Assembly: GCF_009914755.1 (NCBI RefSeq)
Contig: NC_060936.1
DNA length: 64,000 nt
Direction: 5' to 3' (one strand)
Source of the DNA: the human T2T-CHM13v2.0 reference genome, Homo sapiens
Shown one piece after another: positions 40,591 through 54,991 of this stretch; position 1 is the stretch's first letter; each line of letters opens with the position of its first letter. The translations under genes were made by a program, and so were the position numbers. The notes under the pieces were generated by a model. The model worked only from the letters and a program-made list of their open reading frames with translations, searched no databases and was not told the origin of the DNA.

Positions 40591-41533
40591 GTTAAAATTA
40601 TCATTAACTTCATTCACTTCAGTTCATAGATGAAGATACTGAGGCTCAGAGAAGTTAAACAACGTATTAGGTGGTAAAATAGGCCTTCAGACAGAGCTGC
40701 TTCTGTTGTTACAGGTGTTTTTTTTTTCTTTCCTAAACCGGATTTCTTCTCCTCGTCTTATTCTTTTTTCTTATCATTTTAGTAATGCCATTATTAAAAA
40801 TAATAATTATTATAGATATTGAGGTTTTACTCAATGTGAACATTATAGATGGTAAATAAAGTAGAGGTCTCTTTTAAGGAAAATATGTAGAACAGTATAC
40901 TTGGATATATAAAAGGAATTACACTTCATATTCTATTTTCCTCTAAAATCTCTGAGTATTGAATTTTCTACCTACAGAGATAATTTTCACTTGCTTATTT
41001 AAAAATGCTTAACGACAAAATGTTAGGCTGAGAGGACTACAAATATAGATACTTTGATAGTTAATAAGGTCTTTTGATTGTTAATTTTACTAGTGTTGCC
41101 TTTGCCCTTTCACGTGATAAAAAATTTCATTAGCTTTATAGATTACGTATTTTAGCATCTACCTTTTATTCTATCACAATAGTCATTTCTCTGATACCCT
41201 ATAGTAGTTTTTCACACATTTTGTTTTCTAGAGAATCTTTTCTTCAAAAAGCAGTTTACTAGGAAGTTCTCTATAGAATGAATATATCTGAGTGGGGTTG
41301 CTCTGATGGGAATAATAGATGTTGTAGAATACAGATTAATTAATTCATTTTTCACCGCCTCCCAGGCAGCCTCTAAAATTCAGAGAAGACTCCAGAGTAA
41401 GACAGAGTAAGACAAGCATTTCAAAAGAAATATTGTGAATGAAGACAGATTTCTTATGCTATGGAGTAAAGTTTACTTAAAGGAGATTTTAAAAGAAACA
41501 TAGATTTTAAAGAGACACTTTTAGAAGCTTACA

Positions 41534-42022
41534 TGTATTCATCAGTGTTCTCCAGACAAGCAGAACCAATAGAATATCCTTCTTTATCACAAAGTATTGG
41601 CTCAGATATGGAGGCTGAGAAGTCCCATGATCTGATATTGCTGTCTGCAAGCTGGAGACTTAGGAAAACTATTGCTGTAGTCTGAAGGCCTGAGAGTCGG
41701 AGGTCAATGGCATAGATTCCAGTCCAAGTCTGAAGTCCTGAAAACCAGGAGCACCAAGGGCAGGAGAAGCTCCATGTCCCACTTCAACCATCAGACAGAG
41801 AGGGAATTCAATGTTCTCTGCCTTTTTGTTCTATGCAGGCCCTCAACAGATTGGATGATATCCACTCACGGTGGGGAATCTTATCTGCTTTATGCAATTG
41901 ACCAGTTCAAATGTTTATATATTCTAAAAATACCCTCATAGACACTCCCAGGAATAATGTTTAACCAAATATCTGGGCATCCCATGGTCCAGTCAAGTTG
42001 ACACATAAAATTAACAATCACA
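41534..42022 (-). mobile_element. MLT2 (ERVL) solo LTR
   Basis: TGTATTCATCAGTGTTCTCCAGACAAGCAGAACCAATAG...CAGTCAAGTTGACACATAAAATTAACAATCACA. Confidence 0.88.
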
Positions 42023-45000
42023 ATTAAGATGAGCTTCAAAACAGTTAATTTTCCTTTAGTTCCGCCTTCTTATTCTAAGGTTGATTTATTACCGTCATTT
42101 GCCTTTTTAAGAAACACTCAGTGACTTCTAGAGTATTCCAATTATTAAAGCTTTATCTTAAAACTCATCACTGTCTTCTGACTTATTTTTAAAATGAGAT
42201 TAGAGAAATGGCTGATACAGTGATCTGGATTGATTCTTGCTATATGTTCATCTCTTCCTCTCCACTCCACCTGGCTTCCCCCTGCCCATTCCAGGTTTCA
42301 AGCATTAATCCTATAGCCAAAGTGTGTAAAAACCAGAGAGAATATAGCAGAACTGAAAGTAGATGCAGCCTAAAGGCAAGAGTTATTCTGGGTTTACGGC
42401 ACTGATAAGGTGTGGTGGGTAATGTGAAGTCTAGGGCCCATTGGCTTTTGGGAAGCTGAATCAAGTGCTAAGGACCCCAGTCCAGACCAGCCTGGGCAGT
42501 GAATGACAGAGCTACCACAGGTCAGGGACTGCCTGTTCGCCTGGAAAATGAGAATTTGAATACATTCAAGATTGCAGTTCAGGGCCCTTTCTCTGATGGG
42601 CTTTCTGTGATGGAAAGGAAATGTAAATCTGGACATTGCCTCTATTCATGACTAAAAATCCATTTTTCATAGGTTCAATATGATGGGAGTTTATTTAAGC
42701 AGAACAAGAAAAATAATTTTTTTGCACACTGTGTTTGTGGTCTAAAATGAATCTGCTGCAAATAGTTTAAAAGTATTTATTTTAATTGTGTAATGTTTTT
42801 CTGAAAATCATTAAATGTACAAAATTATTTCATCTGGGTTTGTGTACAGTTCTGTGTGTGTGTGTGTGCGTTCCCACGCTTGAATATTAACTTGATCTGT
42901 TGAGCTAATTAATAGAATTTCCAAGTAAAGCAGTGAGTTATCAAAGACTGATTATGAGTTGATAGTAATAGGATTCATTGGCCCTGACTCCAGACCATAT
43001 ATGTGTGAATATTTTACATTATGTTTAATGAATATTGTCTCCTATATATGTCCAATTTCCAACCTGAAATTTGGATTTTAGTACTAATTTGCTAGCGAAT
43101 ACTTTTAAAGAGTAAAATGTTAAAAGTTTATTAAACACGAGTCCAGCTACAATTACGTGATGAATTATTACAAGTTGTATTAAAGTTTTGTTGTATTTAC
43201 AAACGTGGGAATGTTAAACAAAAGACACTGATAATCAGCATTAATAGAAGTGCTTTTAATCTTATAAAATAGAAGGAAAGATAAACACAAGAGTATCTGC
43301 ATATAATTTCAGAGATATTTAATTTTCTCTCTAAGAATATCTGATGCTTTCATAAAGGTTACAATTCTCTGCACAGTCCCATGGATAGGGGCTTTGTAAC
43401 TAATTTTTCTTGATGAGGAATAGAGGATGATTGATTAGGAGGAGAATTCATCTTAGTTAATGTTCTTTGTACTTTGTATTACAAAGAATTAAAGTAGCTG
43501 TGATCACTAGCTTTGTGGGAGTTTGTAGCTGAAAACATGTTAGGTGACTGGTAGCCACATTGAGATTTCATAAAGACCATGCTTTGATTTTGACTATTGC
43601 TTGTTAATAGCACTTCTTTTTTCTTTTTAAAAAGTCATCCTGTTTTCTGTTTGGCTTCACCTCAGCTTGTCTTATGTCACCTCATCCATCATACAGGCAG
43701 GGTTGTTGGCAGGGAGAGCAGTTTCTCAAAGAATTATAATATGACATACTGTGAAACCTCTTTCTCTGTCCTTTAGCAATAGGTTTGACCTATTCCTCTT
43801 GCTTAGAGTGGCTATGCACCAACTATACCCTATTAGCCATTCCCTCAGTAAAATTTATTATTATTACAATTAAAATGATGCCTATGTTGAGTAGTTCATG
43901 AACCAGGCCCAGTGCTAACCATCCCAGGCTCCTTTGTGTATCTTTATTATATAGATGTTGAAACAGAGAGATAAGGTAAGTTTTCCATGGTTAGTATTAG
44001 GTAATGTGTGTCAAAAGTGGGACTCAAACATAGATCCAATCTAAAGTCCATTTTTTTTACCTCTTGACAAGATGTCGCCTCCATATATCCAGCCTGTGTC
44101 TTTGTTTTAGTTTATTAATTCATTGGTTTATTTAATAAACATTTATTACATACCTAGGACAAGGTGTTGGAATCTAAAGATACATAGAACAGAGTGGCTG
44201 GCCTCCCCAGCCTTTACTCAAGATTGCAGAGAGAAAAATTAAAAATCAAAATTAAAAGAAATCATTGTTTAGAGTAGGAAGAGAAACACAATTCAGTTTT
44301 TCTTGTGAAACCCAAGGATAAACTTTGCAAATTAGGGTGATATTGGAGCTGATTCTTGAAGGATGAGTAGGTATTGAGATAGGAAAAAGGAAGCTTTTTT
44401 TGAAGAACATCAAGAATGGAAACTAAATTAGCAAAGCTTGAGAGGTAGACAAAGTCTGTATCTTGTTTAGCATCCTAATGGGAATGTATTTTCTTCTAGA
44501 TGTAGATATAGGATAAACATGGAAGCATTTTATGCAGAGGATTTTGATGAAGTGAACATTTTGTAAAGATTACTATAGAAAAAGAATGCCTGAGAATATG
44601 AAGCCTCCTTGAAAACTGGCTGATTCTGGATCTCAATTTTTATAATTCCCTTTTCTTCTAGAAAAGAAACAATTATTTTTGGAGTACTTGTAATAAAATA
44701 CTCATGTATTTGTTTTTCCTTTGATCATATTTATTCTTTTGGGGTTGGGTAGAAAGTTTGAAGAAACTGAAGAAGCAACAAGCTTCTGAATGAAAAGGCA
44801 TCAGTAAAATGTATGTAAATGAATTCTAAAATGTATTGGAGTTGTAGTTAGTAAAACCAGGTTTCAATTTTGCCTCTGGTAATTAGGACAGCTTTTTTTT
44901 TCTTTGTAAAATAAGAATATTTTTCTCCCCCCTCTCATGGCATAATTTGAGCTTCAAAGGATAATATCTGTGAAATTTCTTTGTGAATTTTATAAATATC

Positions 45001-45517
45001 ATAGAAAAGCTGAACTGGAGCTTATAATTTTTGCAGAGGCTTGAAGTAGATGTCTCTTTGCCTTCCACTTTCAAATGGCTTTAAAGTTTTAGTGTAGTTT
45101 ATAGTGTGGTAATTGTCATGCTTAGTACTGATCACAGTCAATAAATCTTCTCTTGTGACTGGCATGATCTAGAAAATATCTCTCTGAGTGATGGGGAAAA
45201 AAATCCCAGAGATGAGAGAGAACTCATAAAGTAAAGGAAAGCTGTGGCAAAGGAAAGTACAACAGTTTTTCTCCCATGTTTATGGATTTAAATCTTCTCA
45301 ACAGTCAGCCAAGGGCTTCTCAGTCAATATTTGGACCTAAATTTATACACAAGATTTTCTAATATAGAGTTTTAACTTTGGAGTTTCCTTCCCTTTTGAA
45401 TTTCCTTCCCTTTTGAATATGCCATAGCAGAGCACAGCCACATGAATTTTATAATGACTAAAGAAATTATTACAAAAAATCATTTCAACTTATTAGACCT
45501 ATTAATTTTATCCTTTA

Positions 45518-45915
45518 TGTTATGAATGGAATTTTGTCCCCTGAGAATTCATAGGTTGAAATCTTAACCCCCATTGTGACAGTAAGTAGATATTGGACCT
45601 TAAAGGAGGTTATTAAGATTAAATGAGGTGATAAGGGGGGAGCCATATTTCAATATGCCTGGTGTCTTCATAAGAAGATGAAGAGGCATGAGATTCTTCT
45701 TGCTCTCAGCATGCATCAAGAGAAAAAGCCATGCCAGGATCCAATAAGAAGGCAGGCATCTGCAAGCCAAGAAGAGAGACCTCACCAAAAATCAACCCTG
45801 AAGGAACCTTCCTCTTGGACTTCTAGCCTTCAGAACTGTGAGAAAATAAATCTCTGTAGTTTAAGCCACACAAGCTGTAGAATTTTGTTATGACAGCCCT
45901 AGCAGACTAAGCTCT
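45518..45915 (+). mobile_element. MLT1B-like LTR
   Basis: TGTTATGAATGGAATTTTGTCCCC...GGACTTCTAGCCTTCAGAACTGTGAGAAAATAAAT...CAGCCCTAGCAGACTAA. Confidence 0.85.
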
Positions 45916-46056
45916 GTATTTCAAGATCTGTAGTCCTGTGTCATGAGAGTCAGGGCATGTTAACTCAGATTTTTAGGATGCCTTGAGTAACTTACAGGAA
46001 AAGCGTTCTATTTGAACAAAATAAAAATAATAAAATGCCTGTATCAAAAGGGAGAA

Positions 46057-46469
46057 TGATATAGTTTGTATATTTGTCCCTGCCCAAAAGTTATGTTGAA
46101 TTGTAGTCCTTAATATTGGTGGTGGGACCTGGTGGCAGGTGAATGGATCATGGGGGTGGATTTCCCATGAATGGTTTAGCACCATCCTCTTGGTGCTGTC
46201 CTCATGATAGTGAGAGACTTCTTTTAGGATCTGGCTGTTTAAAAGTGTGTGGCACACACTCTCCCTCTTGCGCCTGCTTTCACCATGTGAAGTGCCTGAT
46301 TCTAAGGACTCCCCAGAAGCAGATGCCACTATGCTTCCTGTACAACCTGCAGAACCGTGAGCCAATAAAACCTCTTTTCTTATAAATTACCCAGTCTCAG
46401 GTATTTTTTTTATAGCAGTGCAAAAACAGACTAAAACAGAAAATCGCAATGCAAGAATGGCCTAATGCA
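46057..46469 (+). mobile_element. MSTA/B LTR with a second LTR terminus
   Basis: TGATATAGTTTGTATATTTGTCCC...CCTGCAGAACCGTGAGCCAATAAAACCTC...GACTAAAACA GAAAAT C GCAATGCAAGAATGGCCTAATGCA. Confidence 0.88.
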
Positions 46470-48442
46470 CACTTTATCTTGGATTTCTTTCATTATTATA
46501 TTTTCTGCTTCTATTAGTTTATTTTATTTTCTCATGGTTCAGTTAGTAATACATTCTATGTTAAATAGAGAATCCATGATATCAGTGGTCAGTCTGGAAC
46601 GGAAAAACAACAAAACAACACAATAAGTACAAGGCATTTCTTCCAATTGTCTGAGAAAGCCATGTAAAGAAGGGTAAAATCTTTGCAGAAAATATTTGCT
46701 AATGATATTAGAAGTAAATTAGACCTAAAGCTACTATTTCAAAAGAGTGAACAACATGTAAAGCTAACTTTACTTTTCTGCATGTTGTTATATAACTTCT
46801 AAAGAAACAAATACATAAATTAGCCTCAAGACTCTATAGATGAAAGCATTGGTTTGTAAGGACTTCATGACCGAAGAGTAGGTTCCCCTGCATGAAGAAT
46901 CAAGGGTAACTCATAATGATATCATTTGGTTGCCATGTTCCACAAGAATTGTTGGTGTAAAGATCTAATATATTTATATCTATACATGTATATGTGTATA
47001 TGTACATATATACATATATGATACTCTCATTTTATATTATACTCTTCAAAAGGGTTGCATTATATTAATATTTATTAAGCCACGTAGCCAAGCATATTTT
47101 ACACATGCTTCATAGAAAATAAAAATGTTCATATTTTCCTTCTGTATCATAAGTGTTACATGTGATTTAAGATGTGGGATTTAATGTCTCCTGTAATAGA
47201 CATTTCCCATTAGTATATTGGACTATCATAAAATGTTTGCTCCATGAGGACATCGCCCCAATCCAACATCAACACATACCTTTTTTCTCAAATAAGGGGA
47301 GGTTTATTCATTTATTTATTTATTTCTTGTAAGAAAAAAAAAAGAAACATTCACTCTCGAGACCTAGTTTATATCTATTTGTCCTTGGAAGAGTGAGCAG
47401 TTGGGCAAGCATCATAAGTAATAAACTTGTCATCAATCTCAGTATTGAGTCAGTGACATTCACTACTCCACCCTTGGGGAATTAATGAAGGAGGGAGACA
47501 CACAGTTAACTGATCATTATGATATGTCATTTGACCTAAAGTTGGAATGAGCACAGGGTGCTGTGGAACATAGAACAGAAGGATCCAGTCCAGTGTGGAG
47601 CAGACAGGGAATGCCCCTGCCCCGGAATGGAGGAGATGATGCCTTCAAACCTCACCACAAGTCTTCAGGGTGATTTGGGACAGGCTAGCTTGCTTGTCCT
47701 GTAGTGAAGAACTAGTAAGGTGATAGGAACCCTCTTCTAAACAAAGTGTGACATCTTCAAGAAAGTGCCGTTTCTTCATTTTCTCAGAGTAGTTCTTCAT
47801 AAAAATAAAAGTAACAAGAGATGGTCAGATTTGCAAAAGAAGAGTAAGGCAGGAATAAGAAGAAGAGAAAAAGAATAAGAATAACTTTAACCTTGGGGAC
47901 AAAGAGGGAAAGAAGCAGACATGAAAAGAAAACCACAGCAGTAGTTGTTCTCTATCACCACTGAACCAGAAACCGGAGTATGATGTGCTATGCATTTAAC
48001 ATACATTGTCTCATTTAATCCTCAAACCATCCATGAGATCTTCACTATTTTACATATAAGGAAAATAAGAAACAAAGAGGTCAAATAGCCTACACAATGA
48101 CTATTAGCAGACTGGAGATTTCAGCTCAAGTTTATCTGATGCCCTGATGCCATGCCATCTGTCTCCTTGGTAGCTCTTTTACCAGTCTCATCCTCTCTGC
48201 CATTTTTTTGGATCGGTCTGTCATTAATTATCTCCTAGAAAATGGCAATGGCTTCCTAATTACTCTTCTAGCCATTTGCCAAAGTAAGAAGGGTCAGACC
48301 AACCCCCTACAGTCCCTCTAGTGCTGTTCTCTGGGCCATCAAGTTCTGTTTCTGCTTGAATTTGCATTTGGCAACATGGTTGGCATAAGCTATAACATAG
48401 CAAACCTATCTAAAATGTTTGACTATTTTAAAATATATTTGC

Positions 48443-48760
48443 AGCTGGGTGCAGTAGTTCACACCTATAATTCCACAACTTGGGAGGCTGAAGTGGGAGA
48501 ATTGCTTGAGGCCAGGAATTCAAGACAGCCTGGACAACATAGAGAGACCCTATCCCTACAAAAGAAAACATTTCATTTAGTTAGCCAGGCATGGTGGCAC
48601 ACTCCTGTAGTCCCAGCTACACAGGAGTCTGAGGTGGAAGGATCACTTGAGGCCAGAAGTTCCAGGTTACAATGAGCTATGATTGATTGCATCACTGTAC
48701 TCAAGCCTGAGCAACAGAGTGAGACCATGTTTCTACAAAAATGGAATAAAATAAAATATA
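48443..48760 (+). mobile_element. AluJ
   Basis: Diverged full dimer (GAATTGCTTGAGGCCAGGAATTCAAGAC, GGAAGGATCACTTGAG). Confidence 0.92.
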
Positions 48761-51700
48761 TTTGCAAAGATATGGTTGCCAAGAAAACCACAAAATTCAT
48801 ACTTGGAAGCTGAGATTTCACTACCCTTAAAGATGTCCTTTTCCATATAAAATGACAGCTTCCCTCTAATTTCTAGCGCTGATGATTTTTTTTAGTTCTG
48901 GATGTTGAACTGCTGTTGAAGAAAATGCAACTTTAACACAGTGGTAGAGTTGCCTCCAGTTTCTTCAAGCAAGTCCATTATGCACATGGCTCTTAGGGTG
49001 ACCTTGCTGAAATATTTATTTGATCTGTATAGGCCCTTATAATGATTCATCAAAACCTTCACAACAAAGTTCAAACTACTTAGCTTAGTGTATAAGTGTT
49101 AGGAGCCTGGTCTCTGCTTTCTCCAGGAGCTTATATCCTATTATTCCCTCACACAGAACCTATTTTTCCCCCATCTATACCAATCCACCTGTGGTTCCGT
49201 CAAAGTAATTACACTCTTCTTTGCCTTCACCTGCTGGTCCCTGGAATAGTTTATCTCCATATTGGTTTAGTCAAATACCAGTCATCTTTCAAACTTAAGC
49301 TCAGGTATGTTTCTTCAGGGCCCTTCTCTTCACCTCCTTGTCTGATTGACTCTTCACTGTGCTTCCATTACACTTCAAGTATACCTCTATGGAAGACTGA
49401 TCATGTTTTGCTGCAAGTCAGAGTTTCTTTACTCATCTCTGCAATAAAGGGTCAGTTCTCCAAGGACTCTGTATGCCAGCATTCAGCACTGTCCCTACCC
49501 TTTTAGTAGGTGCTTGGTAAATGTTTTCTGATTTATTAAATGGGATACAAGAAAGAGATGTAAGGAATTCAAGTAAAGTAAATGAAGAAATTCAGAGAAA
49601 AGCCCATTGAAAAAGAAAAATAAAATGGCAGGTATCCTCCGTTGAGAATATCTTGTGTGCAAATAAGGCCTATGCATTATGTATTATTATTATGTATTGA
49701 CTTTTAAAAAATGAATGGATGAATATTTGATGGGTAACTGGAGGAAAAGTGAGAGAATAGGCAGTAAAGTGTACAGAAAATTAGAAAATGCTGCAGATAA
49801 AGTGTGAATGGGTACAGCAATGATGACAAATTTTTTCTGATACTTCATATGATGAATTTCCAAATGAAGACTCCCAATGATAAATTACTTAAAAGTCATA
49901 AGACCAGTATCCAACTCCTCCGATTAATTAGTTGTTTCATTTAACTTTAGTAGTAAGAATAAGTTAACCTTTGAATAAATTGTTATTTTGTAAAGGGCTT
50001 TCATATGCATAATCTCATTTAATTGCACAATAGTTACGTGAGAAACTCAAGGCAGGTATTGCTGCTATTTTACAAATGAGGAAGCAGAGCTGAATTAAAT
50101 GATTTGTCCAATGGTACTTTCCAATCTGTGTTGTAACCAGAATGGATCTTTAGATCATGGCAGCCAGCCACTCATTTTGTAGATAAAGAACAGCGTAGGA
50201 GATATGCCTGGACTAGCTCAGGGTTAAGTAAGTGGTAGCCAGGTTTACCCATTTCATATCTCCCAGTCAGGTGCATTTCTAATCAATCTAAATTGTTTCT
50301 TTATCATTGTTTATATCATGTGCTTTTAAATGCCAAAATATAATTCTTTATCTTTGTGCTATATTTTCAGATTGATAGTATCCCTGCATTAAAATGTTGT
50401 ATCTCATAACCTTGTCTCTGGGAACTATTACTTGCAAAAACCCTGACTGGTAAGGTTTGTGAAAATTGACTGTCTAAGAAAGTGAACTGATCCTGTTCTC
50501 TCTTAGTTCCTAGCTGAATCAGGACAATGGGAAGCATTTTCAAGTAAAAACAAAATATCTGATATGTCATGTCCTACTGGCATAGCCTCAATCTTGAACC
50601 TCATGCCCCACAACACCCCACCGTGACTGCCAACACCTGCTTTATTGAGGAGGAAATGCAGGGGGTGAAATTAACATGCTGCCTAGTTCTGTGCAAACAC
50701 ATTTATACCTCACCAACCACAATCCCATCCAACCACACACATACACGTATAATTAGAATTCCTTCTGCTCATTAGCTACCACTATTGTTTCCAAATTGCT
50801 GAAGACTCATTACTGATTATGTAAAAACCTAGAACATATCTACATCTAACAAAGGAGATAATTGCATGCCTAACACCTTATTTTATTAAAAGCATTGTTT
50901 TATGGATATTGCATTCAGAAAGCATCTACAGGCAATGGAAGTGATGCACTTCAAATCTAGGGAAAATATAGACCTCACTGGAGATGGGGAAAAAAAAGGA
51001 AGACAAAACTTACCTCAAGGGGTGGTTGTGAAGGTTTATGAAACATGTTAAGAATCTGTCTTGAAAGATATATTGCAAGCAAAAATTTTTAAATATTGCC
51101 ACATAGTTCCATATTACCATGATGTGAAATTACAGGTTTTATGTGTGTGCAATCAAAAGCTTACTGCTCAGTTTGAAAAGTTTTGCAATCACTACTCCAC
51201 CAGTGAGGGTCAACCTTCAAGGCACCTACCTCAATTCAGACATCATGCTGTGAGGCCAGTAATAAGGAGAGTAAAAGTCTCTGCCTCCTATCTATTTATT
51301 TGTGTCTTTGGGGCCCATAATCTTTAAATCTTTAAATATTTTGAAGGAAACAAGTTTATTTAATGTTCGCCACCTAGCTGCAACATTAAAGTAGAGATAT
51401 TTGTAAACAAAACCGTGACTATTGTGAGAGAATTATATTAGACTTGACTTGTTTTGCTTCTACAACTCAATTTGTGTGCCAATATAAGGATGATAATGCA
51501 CTATAGAAATTTATCAGAGTGTCTAATTTCATAACTATTTTTACCTAAAAGTTTCTGCCAAGATTCACTTATCTAAGCTTTGCCACAGAGAGATGCAGAA
51601 TTAAGATGATTTCTAGGTAAAATGCAGAGTGACTCAAATAATCCAAGAGAAAACTTTGTAGAGAAGAAAGAAGAGAAGGGAGAGGAAAGAGGGGAGGCAG

Positions 51701-52735
51701 AAAGGGAGAATAAGGTCACATTTTCTGCCTGTTTGACATACATCTTCCCTTACAAGCCCTTCATCTCATAGGTATGGCAATTTATAGAGTAGTAGAAATC
51801 ATGGTTATATCTGTCCTTATCCATTCCCTCAGGAAACCATCTTTTCTGTCTCCAAGGGCTCCTGGTAGAACTGTAAATTATGATGCCCTACCCATTCCCA
51901 AAGATATGTATAAGAGCATCCTTAACCTGAAGTTCTACACACCTCAGGATACTGTGATTTATACAGAAGCATATATGTGTCCTAGCCTGAAAGCATCAGA
52001 GTCTTTCTAAAGACTATGAGAAAGGTCTCAACTCTCTTTGGACTATGAGATATAAGAATTCAGTTTGGAGGCTGGCAGCATTCTTCTTTCTGTCTATATA
52101 GAAAGATGTTGCCTGAGAATTAAGCTCACAGACAAACCTAGGTGATATCATTTAAGTTCCTAGGTCCAACTCTGCATGGAATTCTCAGTTACATGAGTCA
52201 GTATGTTTTGTATTCTTTTCTTTCTTAACTAGGTTAATTTGTGTTGAGTTTCTTGCTACTCAAAAGATGTGACTAATACAGCCTTTATATGGGTTTTTCT
52301 TAAGTAATCCTCTAGAAAACCTAATTTTACAGATGAGAGGCTTAGAGAGGTTAAGTAAATTATCCAGTTAACATCTAGGAAGTGTCATCGCTAGATACAA
52401 ATCCAGATAGGATTTCCTTGAACATAAACCCAAAGACATTCAGAGTGGACCATGGGGGCCTGGCATTCTTGATAGTTGTATTCTTTGTCCTTTTTATTTA
52501 ATTTTAATTTTCACTTATTATTTTCTTTAATTAACATTTCTTTCTTTTTATTTTAATGTATCTTTCGCATAAAAGTTCAGATGGCTGAGTTTGTCCCACG
52601 TCAGTAGGAATAACTCACCTTCTGCAAATATGAAAACTCTGTTGCAATGCTTACTGTTGTATAATGTGATCATTTAGAATAATTTGCAGTGGTAAAGAAA
52701 AAGCCAAACAATGACTCACAATTCTCTATTTATTA

Positions 52736-52793
52736 TTTTGCCATTAAAAGTAATGGAAAAAAAACTACAATTACTTTTGCACCAACATAATAT
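52736..52793. mobile_element. MADE1 (Hsmar1 MITE), partial
   Basis: TTTTGCCATTAAAAGTAATGGAAAAAAAACTACAATTACTTTTGCACCAACATAATA. Confidence 0.85.
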
Positions 52794-53503
52794 ATTACTG
52801 ATTTCATGCACATTTATACCTCTATCACATTTCTGATACTTTTTTCCTAAGATTTTTAAAGGAAATATTGAGAGAGAATTACTAGGCAGCAAAAGATTTC
52901 TATGCTCCCAATATGGTCCTTCCTTCTGTTACTAAATCCAGCCTATTCTTTCTTCACCTATAAAATCTTTACTCCAATGCCTTGACCCCCAAATCTTTTC
53001 ATATGTAAATTTAAAACTTCCTTTTTCTAACCCTCTCTTATTTCTCCTCCTTAGCCCCACTGTTCTATTCACTGCTACAAAATTTATATGAAATTTAATT
53101 TTTATGCCTGCCTACTTGCTTTGCCACATGTGAAGAAATCATACTAATTAGGGCCTTCCACTGTGCTCAGCCATGGATATGCAAAAATTATGATATGATT
53201 CACAGCCTTTAAGAGCACTATGTTTAGTTGGAGAGACAGGCATATTAATAAAACTTCATAGCAAAGTCAATGATTAGTCTTATGATATGGATATATACGC
53301 TTGCAAAGGGGGCCCAAACATAAAAGCAACTAACACAAATAAGACCCAATGGGAATGTTAGATTTCATACATAATTGGAGAGGGAGCATTGGTGTCAAAC
53401 AGAGACATGCTAGACATAAGATGTAACAAACACAAAGACATGAGGCATAAAGGAACTTAGCTTGGGTCACAAAGACATTTTGGAATGTCTGTCCTGCTTA
53501 TAA

Positions 53504-54592
53504 TAATACCATTCAGGACACAGGCATAGGCAAAGACTTCATGCCTAAAACACCAAGAGCAATGGCAACAAAAGCCAAAATTGACAAATGGGATCTAATT
53601 AAACTAAACAGCTTCTGCACAGCAAAAGAAACCATCATCAGAGTGAACAGGCAACAGAACATGAGAAAATTTTTGCAATCTATCCGTCTGACAAAGGGCT
53701 AATATCCAGAATCTACAAAGAACTTAAATAAATTTATGAGAAAAAAAACAAACAACCCCATCAAAAAATGGGCAAAGGATGTGAACAGACACTTCTCAAA
53801 AGAAGACATTTATGCAGCCAACAGAAGTATGAAAAAATGCTCATCATCACTGGTCATTAGGGAAATGCAAATCAAAACCACAATGAGATACCATCTCATG
53901 CCAGTTAGAATGGCAATCATTAAAAAGTCAGGAAAAAACAGGTGCTGGAGAGGTTGTGGAGAAATGGGAATGCTTTTACACAGTTGGTGGGAGTGTAAAT
54001 TACTTCAACCATTGTGGAAGACAGTGTGGTTATTTCTCAAGAATCTGAACTAGAAATGCCATTTGTCCCAGCAATCCCATTACTGGGCATATACCCAAAG
54101 GATTATAAATCATGCTGCTATAAAGACACATGCACACGTATGTTTATTGCAGCACTATTCACATAGCAGACTTAGAACCAACCCGAATGCCCATCAATGT
54201 AAGACTGGATAAAGCAAATGTGGCACGTATACACCATGGAATACTATGCAGCCATAAAAAAGGATGAGTTCATGTCCTTTGCAGGGACATGGATGAAGCT
54301 GGAAACCATCATTCTCAGCAAACTATCACAAGATCAGAAAACCAAACAATGCATGTTCTCACTTATAAGTGGGAGTTGAACACTGAGAACACAGGACACA
54401 GGGAGGGGAACATCACACACTGGGGCCTGTCGGGGGTTGAGGGGCAAGGGGAAGGGTAACATTAGGAGAAATACCCAATGTAGGTGACGGGTTGATGGGT
54501 GCAGCAAACCAAGAGGGCACTGTATACCTATGTAACAAAACTGCACATTCTGCACATGTAACCCAGAACATAAAGTATAATAAAATAATAAT
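53504..54592 (+). mobile_element. 5'-truncated L1PA (about L1PA7)
   Basis: ORF2 C-terminus ([17 protein letters not shown]), 3'UTR GTAGGTGACGGGTTGATGGG and a (TAA)n tail. Confidence 0.93.
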
Positions 54593-54659
54593 AATGGTAA
54601 CAAAATCTTTAACAGCAACATCCCTTCCATCAGAATTTAAAATGTGGCTTAATTTTTTT

Positions 54660-54991
54660 AAAATTAATTAATTAATTATTTATTTTGAGACAGGGTCTTA
54701 CTCTGTCACCTAGGCTGGAGTGCCATGACACAATCATGGCTCACTGCACTGCAGCCTTGACTTCCCTAGGCTCTGGTGATCCTCCCACCTCATCCTTCCC
54801 AGTAACTGAGTAACTGTGGCTACAGGCTCATGCCACCACACCTGGCAAACTTTTTTTTTTTTTTTTTTAATTGTGAGATGGGGTTTCACCATGTTGCCCA
54901 GGCTGGTCTTAAACTCCTGAGGCTCAAGTGATCTGCCTGGTTTGGCCTCTCAAAGTGTTGGGATTACAGGAAGGAGCCACTGCACAGGGCC
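54660..54991 (-). mobile_element. AluJ
   Basis: TTTTGAGACAGGGTCTTACTCTGTCACC...CTCAAGTGATCTGCC...CAAAGTGTTGGGATTACAGG. Confidence 0.92.

Noticed and set aside
45384-45418. Short perfect direct repeats (17 bp here; others near 5548, 15020, 22389, 41393)
   Set aside because: These are ordinary slippage duplications with no array or spacer structure, and they are not CRISPR-like.
46800-46965. Possible minus-strand exon after tatattag|
   Set aside because: All frames contain stops and there is no clear donor or recognisable product.
47190-47285. Minus-strand MLDWGDVLMEQTFYDSPIY* with W-x8-F-x2-S-x2-Y spacing like RGS22
   Set aside because: It is short, has no good acceptor and is out of order with the other matches. 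It shows that such by-eye motifs can arise by chance.
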